Part shown: positions 53,192 through 64,000 of the stretch, in pieces | Layout of the letters: the number at the start of each line of letters is the position of its first letter | Numbering within the stretch: position 1 is the stretch's first letter | DNA from: Zygnema circumcarinatum SAG 698-1b | Lineage: Eukaryota; Plantae; Zygnematophyceae | Length of the DNA: 64,000 nucleotides | Assembly: GCA_037447605.1 (NCBI GenBank) | Contig: CM074818.1 | Coordinates: 1,376,617-1,440,616, forward strand | Reading direction: 5' to 3' | The notes under the pieces: model-generated | What the model was told of the DNA's origin: nothing | The model's input: the letters and a program-made list of their open reading frames with translations, nothing else | Databases searched by the model: none | Position numbers and translations under genes: made by a program

Positions 53192-56100
53192 TCACTCATC
53201 AACATGGAATCGGTGGCCCACGAGGTTCTCTGTTGCCTCCCACAGTCTCTGTGCCAGTTCTGGATTGCGGGCGTTTGCACTCGGACTTTTTAACTGACCT
53301 TCCACGTAATAACCGCCAGAGAGTCCCTCCACATCGGGGCTAAGGGCGAGATAGACACCTGTTGAGGCACCCTCTTCTGCGCTCTGCATGACAACTCAGA
53401 AGTGAGCGAGAAAGGGATTAATAAGAGACGGATTAAACAAAAGGAAGCGAAATTTATACAAGGCACCGTCAAAACCATATAGAGAAGTCGATTTTTTTTC
53501 CCGAACTTTGCTGAGTTAGGTCACAGGAGACGACTTGCGAACCTTTAAGCCGATCATGCGAGCAAATCGCGAGCTTTCCGTAGGGGTGACTCTGCGCCTC
53601 TCCAGTATGCTAGGTGGTAGCACGTAACGAATCAGCTGCCCAGAATTGAAACCCCCTCCTTCCCTTTCCATTTCAACCATGGCGGCGCCATAGCCAAGAG
53701 CCAAGGAGCACATAATAGCAGGTTTCATGTCATGTCATCTCGCTTACTTCTATGCATGATGGCTCCCACATGACGTCTTTTCCCTCACCTCAGTGTCCAC
53801 AATACCCGGATGGAAGCAATTCACTGACAGCGCAAGATTTGCTGCTTTGCATCGCCGTGCAAGCTCCACTGTGAAGACAGAATTCGCCAGCTTTGACTGT
53901 CCATATGCGCTCCATCGGAAGTAGACTGATCCACCCTCTTGAAAGTACATTATACCCCAAGACAGTGAAAGTGTGTTCCACGTTTTCAGAGGCACGTTGT
54001 GCACTACGCCATCCATTCTAACGGCCCAAAACCTGTAATGACCCAAAGTATAGGAGAGAGTACTTGGTGTAGGTATCTTCCTCTGTGTGCCTCCAGGGAT
54101 GTAGGCTTTAACTCTGGAAATGAATCCCAGATTACTGCCACTCAAGGACCACCTTACAATTTCTACAATGTGGAAGTTTTCTTTTGAAAACAAGAAGTCG
54201 ACTATGGTTCATTGAATCCTACCGAGCCCTTCATATGGCTGTCGACTACCGTCAAAAAAAGGGCTAATGTATGAGTACACTCACATCGTGATTTTTGGTA
54301 GTTGAGGTCGTTGAAGTCAAAGCTTCCAAGGAGTTCCGCTGCGGATGTAGTCACCACTATTCGGGACCTCCGGCTGCTTCCTTTACACATTAGAAGCAGA
54401 AAAGCAAACGTAAAAACGCCGGACAAACTAAACAACTATTGAATGTGCCCACTAGGTCCTAGTGGCAACTATTAGCAGACAGAGAAAGCCCAGGTAGCTC
54501 GTAGTACCTAGAAAAGAAACAGTTCAGTCTACATAGAAAAGCAAACAAGCGGCCTCCTTTGTATGAGGGTAAGAGCGAAGGAAGCCCGACCAAAACAAGC
54601 GCAATCAGGATACGTGCAGAGAGGATCAGCACCTTGGAGAAGCAGAAGCAGCAAGAGAAGGCAGCAGTAATCGTGTTAACTCAAAGTGGCCTACATGGTT
54701 CACCTTCACAACACACACACCATTTGAATGTATTCTTACGATGTACTTGATGCCAGGTTAATCAAATCATGTTACAAATCCATTCATTTGAAGCAGCTTT
54801 GTTTTGGCGATTTCCTGCTTGGATCCAATAAGGGATGAAGATTGCTTGATCCTTAAAACGAATCCTACCAGTTAACTCAGACATGCGAAGCTTGTCCCAG
54901 CAACGACTTCAAGGTCCATTATAACTTAAGTTACTCAAGAAACCGAAATCGTACCCCAAACTGCAGCTCAAACCCATCTGCGGTGTACATTTTGGGACTC
55001 GCCATAACTCCCGCATTGTTCACCTGCCCAAAAAATAGGCAGGAGGGGCTCAGGCTATACAAATATATATTTCTACATAAGAACAAACTAGAACAGCCGT
55101 ATAAATTGTGCTCCACTACAGCTGTTAACGACTTCACGCTAAGCATCACTCCCCTCCAACAAGAAATGTCGATTATCAACAAGCCAAACAGTGGTACGGC
55201 TTCAGAAAGGCCAAAGGTAATCGCAGATGTTATATCCCTAGACCCCTAAAGACGCACTATGGACCAATATTGACACTCCATACCAGCAAGTGAAGCGGCC
55301 GCTTGGTCCCCTTATACTCCTCTGCAAAGCGTCTTATTGACTCCAAACACGCTAAATCACAAACAGCAGCCCTGAACCCGAACCCAAAAGTCCGAAGTGC
55401 AATCAACGTTCGAACAGTGACCATTCAAATTCTAATCAGTGACTCCTAATCCCCAATATCCCTGCTTTACACTCGTAATGTAATGCCTTGATTTAACCTG
55501 GAGAGCCTTTGTACCAACAAATTAGCCCAAATGAGTGTGTTCATCCCATCCCAACAATTCTGTGTATGCCTGAGACAAAAAAATTCCAGAGTTCTTAAAA
55601 TGAAAGGAATTTCACATAATTGATTATTCCTACCTCAGATTTTCATTTCCAGTTGTTTCAGAAATTTCCTTAGCTGCAGAAGAGCCCTTTTCCAGAGATC
55701 TGCACGCTGCATGCAAAAGAGAATTTCAGAAGTTTGGGGTGGGGAGAGGGAGAGGAGGGGGAGGAGGAGGGGGAGAGCGATGGCGAGGGAGCGAGGGGGG
55801 GAGGGAGGGAGAGCGAGAGCGAGAGAGATGGGGGGAAAGCGATGGAAGTACCGAGCGTGACGGCCATGCCTTCTGCAGCCAGCACTTGCGCCAAAGCTTT
55901 TCCGATTCCTGCAAATTCGAAAAGATAACAGGTAAGGAGAAAATGCCTGATCCATGCTTGAATTCAAAACAGCCATCATATATTTAGCCCTTACTTTTGT
56001 TTGTACATATTATGATTTTCCATGATATGTACAAACAAACGTAAGGGCTTCATGAATGCGGTTGCAATTTTGAATTCAGATTGAGAAATGGCTTTACCAC

Positions 56101-56981
56101 TGTTGCCTCCGGTGATAATGGCATGGCGCTGAAAAGGATCGCCTTCCGCCTGCAGGCGTTAATTGAAGGATTAGGAACGCAAAGGAAATGGAATAAGACA
56201 GTGGGCATCAGACAGACAAAGGTAGCCAGCAGCAGAAACCCTGAAACAATACACACTGTGGGCTTCTTAGGAATTGCCCTTTGGTCCAGATTTCAAGGCC
56301 TTTCAGCAAGCTGGAACTAAGCATAGGAAAAGCACCGTTTGATTGTTTCGAAAAATTGATCACATTGCTGAATTTCTTTATTTGCTAGCTTGCAGATGCA
56401 TATAACTCGAAATCTTGCTTGCCACGTTTCCCTTATTCATCAACTGACAAAAGGTGGAAGCTGTATACTATCATCTTCGTGCGGATCCAACGTTCCATAC
56501 CGAAAGAACAGTCAGTGTTCAGAACGAAGCTATTTGGTCAATCAAGAATCCTAGCAGGAGTTGTTCATAAAAGTGCCTTCTGCACTTTGATGAAGACTGC
56601 AGGGAAAGCGTGCTCAACTCTCGAACACCGCTAGTCCAAACTTCAATCCTAGCTTTGGTCAGCCTGTTGGACAAAACACGCCGAACCTGTCTCCAATTGC
56701 ACAATGAACCTTCTTATTGCGCGACATCTGATGCCCATATTCCTCAGAAACTCTTGACACAAGAAGCAGCACATGATGAATCTTTAGGCTCAGCCGCCAG
56801 CAAGACTGACCTTGCAAGAAATGCTAAGACTTGAACGTAGGTGGCCATTCCCGCCCTTGCCAGACGGCCGGAGGTGATGGTCCAGGAGGCCTCCTGCAAG
56901 CCCGAAGCGGTCCTTCTGGCTGCTCTTCTCTCCGACTCTGACGCAGGAGACCCTTGTGGCTGAGGGCGAGAGGGCGAACAT
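53192..56981 (-). CDS. Short-chain dehydrogenase/reductase (retinol dehydrogenase/TIC32-like), probable plastid transit peptide
   Basis: Spliced motifs: HAIITGGNS|GIGKALAQVL, ACRSLEKG, CDLACLESIRRFA, LL|VNNAGVMA..DGFELQFG|VNHVGHF, RIVVTTS, YGQSK (YxxxK), HPGIVDTE|LIRY, AEEGASTGVYLA..SGGYY..LAQRLWE. Ser/Arg-rich N-terminus MFALSPSATRVSC. Some internal boundaries unresolved. Confidence 0.88.
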
Positions 56982-57452
56982 GGCTGCAGGAGAAGACCTC
57001 CTCCTCACCTAGTCAACTACTTTCCTCTCCTCCTGCTCCACCTCCTCTTCTCCTCTCCCTCTCTTTCTCTCTCCCTATCTCACCTCTCTCTCCCACTCCA
57101 CATTCTTGTCTTCTCTCTTTTTTCCTTTCGCTTACAACTCGCGCGCAAGTTCAGACGCTTGGCCGATATTCTTACAGAGCTGTGAACAAGAGGTCGTTAA
57201 TTTTCTTCGGGAGAAGCGCACTGCAACTACCACTGAGCGGTGCAGATCCGCAATCTTTTGCGAGGCTCGGCATTCCTCCATGGCGGTTTTCTGTCCTTCG
57301 ATACGCTCACACCGCTCCGCTACACGCAGGATTGCAGGAGAGCACACCCTACGGTGAATTGCCGTGTGATGTTTCTGTGGCTTACTTTATTCTTTGTAGC
57401 TTTATTCATTGTTCTGCGACTCACTTGGATCAGGAAAACTATTCGAGCCGTC
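56982..57452. promoter_or_regulatory. Short shared upstream region of head-to-head SDR and 5-phosphatase genes
   Basis: Start codons 471 bp apart on opposite strands; CT-rich 5'-UTR-like tract 57030-57125; probable 5'-UTR intron on the + strand (gt 57353 to ag 57433). Confidence 0.45.
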
Positions 57453-60400
57453 ATGATAAGCACTGGTGCCGAAGAGGTGAGATCTTGCGCACCATCTGCG
57501 ATTGTTTGTTTCTAATGTACTTATTTCACATCTATAATCTTGAGTTAATGCAAGAGCATACGCCAGGTGTCCGGTAGTTGTAGAGCTTTTTAATCAGGCA
57601 ACATTGCCGTGACCGAAATGTATTTGGAAAACAGGAATGCACATGCAGGTGCTTGTAACGAGTTCAGGTTGTTCAAAATAGCCAGAGTAAGAAGCATTGA
57701 TAACTGAAATCAGAAAAAAATCGACCTCCGGAATTTGTGGAACTTCTTATCACAGATATCGGATTAATGTGTTTGAGTTGATAAAGGTGATAAAGTTTTA
57801 GCACTTGAAAAATGCAAAATTTGTTCCTTTACAGTTGATCTCGTCGATTTGAAGCAGAATAAATGCGGCTTTTAAAGAATTTGTTCGCTCAACAATGCGA
57901 AGTTTTCAATAGTCGTGGATTTGGCAGAATATGAGGGAACCAGCTCGCTTCAGATTGAGTGGCAACAATCATCGGTAAATGTGTTTAACGTGGAAAAGTA
58001 CTTTGCATGCAGTTTTTCTGGAACTCGACTCTTTTGCGTAAATGGCTTCAGCTGAAACCTCCGGCTAACGACTTTGGCTCAGACGCTGCTCTGCCTGACT
58101 CTCCTCCATCACCACCTTCAAGTACTCTTTTTTCTGCGTCATTCAGGGGAGGTACGTTTCTAATTATGCCAGAGTTTTATTCTAATCTTTTGGATACCTA
58201 GAGAATATATAATTGATGCCCTCGACGGAAATGAAATGCATGTGTTGCTGGATCAGAGGACTATTTGTGAGATGGAGTTGTCCATCTGATGTCTAGCACC
58301 AGCAAACGGACCGCTGGACGCTGTTCTGAGATTATGGTTTTTCGGAAATTGCAGGTTTATCTGATGGCAGCTCTACACCTTCAAGCGACTTTACTTTGGA
58401 AGGTACAAACATTTCAGACATCGTCATGCTTGTGGTTTCTAGCACTTGAACCAAATAAGCTACACGGAATAAAGAAGATCTCTGGCCAGAGAATGAATTG
58501 TGGCCCTTGGAAAAGAAAGGTACCATCTGGTTGGAACAATGATTCGAAATCCATTTCAGCCGTCAAGGTTATTGTTCTGATTCTATTATTGGCCTTCAGG
58601 AGGGAGTCACACCATTGCATTTTTCGTTTAGTGTCTTTTTTTAAACTCGTTTCACTAGGCTAGCTTAGCTCGTACATCTGGAATCATCTGGAGTCAACTT
58701 ATGGTCTTCAATGGATCATATCGTGCAGTCCTAGGTCTATTATTAGTATAATTTTGGATAATACACCAACGAAAGTTAGCAGCACATGCCATGAGTATGT
58801 GAAACAGGGGAGCAGCTTGCACCATGGATGAAGATCTCGGGTTTCAAGGAGGAGCTCCGGGAAGTTTGGGACCACTGCATTGACAAAGAGGAAATCAAGT
58901 AAGGTTTTTTTCTAGTGGCTTTAAGTTTTCTTGTGGACACTGCGAGAAACTCATCGTTGAAGGCTATGAATACAAGTTCGATTGAGGAGGAGGTTTATCC
59001 CAACCAGTTAGTGGAGAACATGAAAATCTGCAGCTGCATGGAGGTTTCACAGCTTCCTTTATGGAACGAAGGGACATGTTTCTGGTGTTTGAATGATGAT
59101 AATGAAACTGATGTTGTGTCTGCAGGATCGTTGCGGCAACATGGAATGTCGCCGGATTACCCCCCCCCTCAAATGTTGATTTGGAGGACTGGCTGAAGGT
59201 TCACGATGAGCCGCCTGCTGACATTTATGTCATAGGGTGAATTCGCATCTCATTTTGTTTAGTTGCTTTCATTGCTGATCTTGGTCTTGATTTGCTCATG
59301 GCCCCTCGTTGCCTGTTTGTCCTGTCTTGATCCTTTCATAATAATTTTTTCTCTGAGACTGACGTAGATTGCAAATACTCGTATACGACTGGCCACTTGA
59401 AACCTTAAAATTAAATAACTGGCCTGTCTCCCAAATGGTTTTGCATGTCTTGACAACCAGTACTGCTGGTCAGCAAGGTGCTCTATGGACTGAGGAAGTA
59501 GTTGTGTTTGGAGTCACATTGTAAAATTATGGACAAATGCATGCATTTTGATCCCCGCATGAAACCCATAAAAGATATGGCTCTCTTCTCTGACTGACTA
59601 CAAATGGCTGTTGGTATCCGAGGGCCTTGTTTCCATGCAGGTTTCAGGAAATCGTCCCTCTAAATGCCAACGTTGTGCTGGGCATGGAGTCGGAGCACAG
59701 AGGGAAGCAATGGGATGAAAAGTTGCGAAAAGCCATAAATCAAGAGAAATCCGTCTTTGTATCTCTCCCTCTCTCTCCTTCCCAGTCTGCCACTGCTGAC
59801 GAGGACCCTTCGGAGTTAGCTGAAACTTTAGATGGCACAGGCAGCGAAGCTGGGCCAAGTGGGAGAGTGAATGCGGATGGTATCTATGTGGGCAGTCCAG
59901 TGGAATCGAGGGATGTGCAATCATTATTCGACCTGAGTGTCGATTCTGGGGACAGTATTGCTGTTTCCTCTCTCGACTTGCCGTCAGGTGATACAATAAA
60001 CAAGGCCTCTTCGATGGAGTATGCTCGTTCGTATTCAACAGCTTTTGTATCGGATCCGGACGGGCTTTCTAGTCCTCAAGATGCGATGCGGCTGGAAAGT
60101 CCAAGGAGATACCTCGTTGTGGCGAGCAAACAGATGATAGGAATCCATCTTGTCGTGTGGGTCCGCGCACCACTCAGAAAATTTGTGAAGAATGTGAAGG
60201 TTTCGTGCGTGGGGGTTGGCCTTATGGGTGTTCTCGGCAACAAGGTATGCATAGAATTGCATAGAATACCCAGAATACCCAGAATACCCATAGAATACCC
60301 AGCAGCCCTGCTCGCTTTTCAACAGAGGGAAGGGGGGGTTGGAAACATGAGCTTTTGGCTATTTTTGTTTTGATTGTAAGGTTTCATGGACAGGTCTTCC

Positions 60401-62210
60401 TGCACTGCTGTTGCTGTTGCTCTTTCCTTTAGGCTTCACTCGTTGATTGCAAAAGACCGGGCTGCATAATGAATGTGGGCCGATTATCAAAAAAAAAAAA
60501 GGGCACGCCTCGAATGATAATCGCTCAGACAGATGATCTCACTGCGCAGGGGTCAATAGCAGTGAGTATGACTCTCCACGAGACGACCTTTTGCTTCATC
60601 AATGGCCACTTGACAGCTGGCGAGAGAGAGGCCGATGTACAGAAACGGATCTATGACGTTCAGGAAGTGCTGCGGCGAACTCAGTTCTCCTGGGAAGGAT
60701 CGGCCAATCAGCAGCTGCAGTTGCGGAAGCTTCCAGAAACAATCAAGGACCATGAGTGAGTGCATTCAAACAGTTGCATGTTGACCTTTCAAAGCAAAGC
60801 GAGACCATGTCATGCAGTTAAACTGGAGGCTTTTGCAACGTTGTGAATGGGAGTTTGACAGCTAGGAAGGCCAGCATTTTTATGTTTAAAATGGAGCGGA
60901 TTCTTCGTTCGAGGTGTTTCTGTTTTTGTCTCATAAGCTAAAAGAATTGTTCCTTAAATAGTAGGTATTGAGTGCTATTCTGTTTTGGAGTTGGACCCAC
61001 TTCTGTATGTCTCAAGTCCATCCAATGCTGAGATCATCCAACAAAGTTTGTGAACTGTAGACATGCTGTAACCCGTCCAAACTTTTTGGCCCATTCACAT
61101 GTTTTTACTTTCCTTTCAAGACATTCCTCCACGAGTTGCTTGTTTGCCGGTCTTGTAAGGACCTTGATGTAATAACACATTGAGGTGATGTCCAGTAGGA
61201 AGGGAAATCAGTAGGGAACTGACCAGGGGGCATGGACAATCCGATTGCAGCCGAGTTATATGGGTTGGGGATTTCAATTTCCGAGTAGACTTTCCGGATA
61301 CTGAGGTTCGCAGACTTGTAGCACAAGAAGATTGGAGGACTCTTGCCACAAAAGACAGAGTAAGAACCTCCGCATGTTTTCCCAATAGTCAAACCTCACA
61401 GGTTTCAAAAACAATATCAGACCTAAAAACCCTAACAAGCCCCTTACTTAACCCGCTTAGAACCTTAAGAAAGGTAAGGCGCCGAGCATCAAATATGAAC
61501 CATATATCACCATACAAAGTCGAGGTTCGTATGCAGAATCTTTTGCTGGAATTTTGAAAAACTCCAGTGTGGATGTATGTCCATGGGATGCCCTTTAAGC
61601 AATGTTTTGTCTGTGTTCTCCAGCTACGCATAGAACTGGGCCGAGGAGGTGTACTGAGTGGGTGGAGTGAGGGCCCACTAGAGTTCGCCCCAACATACAA
61701 ATATGTTTTCAACAGCAGCAAATTCATTGGCGATGATGCTGAGGATGGGGACAAACGTAGAATACCATCCTGGTAAGCCGCCTCCATCAATCGCACTCTA
61801 AGCACTGTCTGCGTGCTTCTTCCCTCCTAGCTTGCGTTTCGTAGGACTGATGGCTCCATCTTCTTGTTAGAGCTCCTTTTTACATCAAGCCTCTTGAAGG
61901 GCATATGCTTCACCCTTCTCATATCCCCCCCAAGCGATGTGTTTGCGATTGACATGTCATGTCACCTTCATGCAGGTGTGACCGTGTACTTTGTTACGGA
62001 GATAAACTGCAAGTCCTGGAGTACAGTCGGAGTGAGATCATGACGTCAGACCACCGTCCGGTGACGGCAGTCATTGCTGCGGAGCTTCACAAGGTGTCCC
62101 CCTCTCGCTGGAGAGAGGCGGTGGACCTCGCTCGCAGCCGATTGGACGCGAGGGCGCAGCGGACTCTGCCGCAGTGCCACGTGGAGCCCCAAAGTGTCAA
62201 CTTTGGAGAT
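57453..62210 (+). CDS. Inositol polyphosphate 5-phosphatase, plant type I-like (3' end unresolved beyond 62210)
   Basis: Exons 57453-57476, 58013-58151 (LLRKWL), 58808-58898, 59126-59236 (ATWNVAG..ADIYVIG), 59641-60244 (FQEIVPLNA..SKQMIGI..GLMGVLGNK), 60550-60755 (GSIAVS..FCFINGHL), 61251-61359 (IWVGDFNFR), 61624-61772 (FAPTYKY..RRIPSW), 61976-62210 (CDRVL..SDHRPV). Confidence 0.93.
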
Positions 62211-64000
62211 GTGAGAATCATGGGCCCCTTGTTTGACTCCACTTCAGGTTGCTCATCCTCAGTAGACATGAGATGAAAGTCGATAAAACTATTCGGAGGG
62301 GCTCTCTATTTCAGCAGCTTGTTTGTTTCGTCGTGAGTATTGGGGCAAACGACGAGCGAAAATGAGAGAATGGTAGAGAGAAGGGAGGAAGGAAGGGAGG
62401 GAGGAAGGGAGGGGAGTGGGCCGTCGATGCCAAGGCATTGTAAAGTACACAATTAAGTTCATTTCTTGATGGATAAGTTGTTGTTTATAACCAGCAGTTT
62501 TAGGACGTATGAGGATATTGTTGTGTGAGCGGAGTGACTATAACCAGTTATAGCTGTTACTGTGTGTAAAAAATTTGCACCTTCTGATGCGATGGAGAAC
62601 CTGTGTCTGTTTTCTCATGCAAGTTAGCCTTTTTGTGGTAAATCAGTTAGCGAACAATCAGTTCAAGGATAAGAATGGAGTGAATCAGTTTTGCACATGC
62701 GGGGGTTAAAGTTTTGCTCGACACTTACTCCTACTACTACTACCTTACTATACTTGTACATATAAGCCTTCTGAAGCAAGTTCTTGCCGGATGTGAGTTG
62801 CGAGAGTGGAGCTGCCCATAAGGAAACTCTGCGTTGTGTAGTAGGTCCAGGTTTCGTGTTCTAAGCCAAAGTATTGGACAGTAGGTGGTATGAATGAGTC
62901 ACCTTGGCTCCCCCGACTCCAACTTTTTCTTGCCGTCCGCCTTTACCGATCTATAGATTATCTCGAATTCCTCATGACTGATATATGCCAACGGACTGCT
63001 TATGTGAGGTTCACAGTGTGCCTATTTGCAGCTGTGGACTGGATCAAGTGTTACATGTGCAGTTAGGCAACCAGTCGTCTTGGGCCTTCATATTCTGCTT
63101 TCCGTGTACATGAATATTGAAGCTAAAGCTGAAGTTTCTTCTGTTTCTACTCATGTGATCTAGTGGTCCCGCACTACGGTTCCTTCTCGTCATATAGAGC
63201 GCTGAAACTGATCTGCCCTTTTGCTACTCTTCATTCACGATTTTCTGCTTCCAGTGTAGCAGCACTGGCTATTATTCATCACAGCTTTTGAAGCCAGGAA
63301 ACGGGAAGAGGAAGGGGGGCATTTGACCAATCTTTGGGAGGCATGGACTTAGAATCCTCGTTATGGGGGCTAAGTTTCAGAGGGTGGGGGGAAGTTCCGG
63401 CTGTGAGGGCATGCAGCAGGTGGAGGGGACTAAATTGTAACCCAGATTTCACGTCAACTCGAAGCGTGTGTATGAAGGCCTGGTTTGAAGAGAAACTTGG
63501 GATGAGACAGTATCTGCAGAATCAGTGAGTGCTGCTGCACTGCTGCCCTTCCGTTCCCTCCCATAGGGAGGACCAGCTCTCCCGCAATGGGAGGGTTAGG
63601 ATTGAAACGTGAGACAGAGGGCGCATTCTGCGGATATTGGAGCCATAGTTAACTTTTAACTGGCTAAGTTATAGTTATCCAGGCTTCAACAACGGTTATT
63701 TGAGGTTGTGCTGCGGACTCCTCTGCTCGCTTGTTCGTTGCTGCGGATTAATTGCTCGCAAATGATGCCAACAATGAGGTTCATACTGTTTAGTACAGTT
63801 GCTTCTTCTTCCACAGATGTTTTCGTGCTTATGAAGGACACGGAAACAAGGAGAAAGCTTGAAGCTTTCTGCAGGAGCGTCCACATTTGCACCATGAAGT
63901 GCTGTAGTGTTAGCCATGGAGAATTACTCCGCTCCGCTGTGGTCTGATTATGCTTGTCAGCTTCCTGACGTTTTCCTTTATACCCATTTTCCATTTGCAT

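Noticed and set aside
63686-64000. Minus-strand ORF at the window edge
   Set aside because: Truncated by the window with no recognisable domain; may be the last exon of a neighbouring gene.

Overview
Eukaryotic, intron-rich nuclear DNA, most likely a streptophyte (charophyte/zygnematophyte-type alga or early land-plant lineage; inferred from gene content and exon structure, not from a search). There are four 10-N assembly gaps: 9554-9563, 10525-10534, 14306-14315 and 25703-25712. Genes, left to right: (1) a partial conserved plant-type hypothetical gene; (2) a 2-exon orphan; (3) an SBP-domain-less SPL paralogue; (4) a full-length SPL1/12/14-type SBP-box transcription factor with a polyQ exon and C-terminal TM helix; (5) an MscS-like channel whose ORF carries an N-terminal (Met-Gly)20 tract; (6) NDUFS4; (7) peroxisomal (PTS2) MenB; (8) a plastid-type SDR; (9) an inositol polyphosphate 5-phosphatase. 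A 14.6-kb nested transposon stack separates the two SPL paralogues: a TIR element contains a Ty3/Gypsy, which contains a Copia that itself holds a second Copia. The Gypsy also carries a young TRIM whose 130-bp LTRs contain a tRNA-like Pol III cassette. Other elements include a 42-bp palindrome-rich hairpin array, two long-TIR foldback/MITE elements, and several dense GTAC (SBP/CuRE core) clusters carried by repeats around the SPL locus. Exon coordinates were assembled by hand from GT/AG boundaries and frame continuity. Family assignments are from remembered motifs; no database was consulted.
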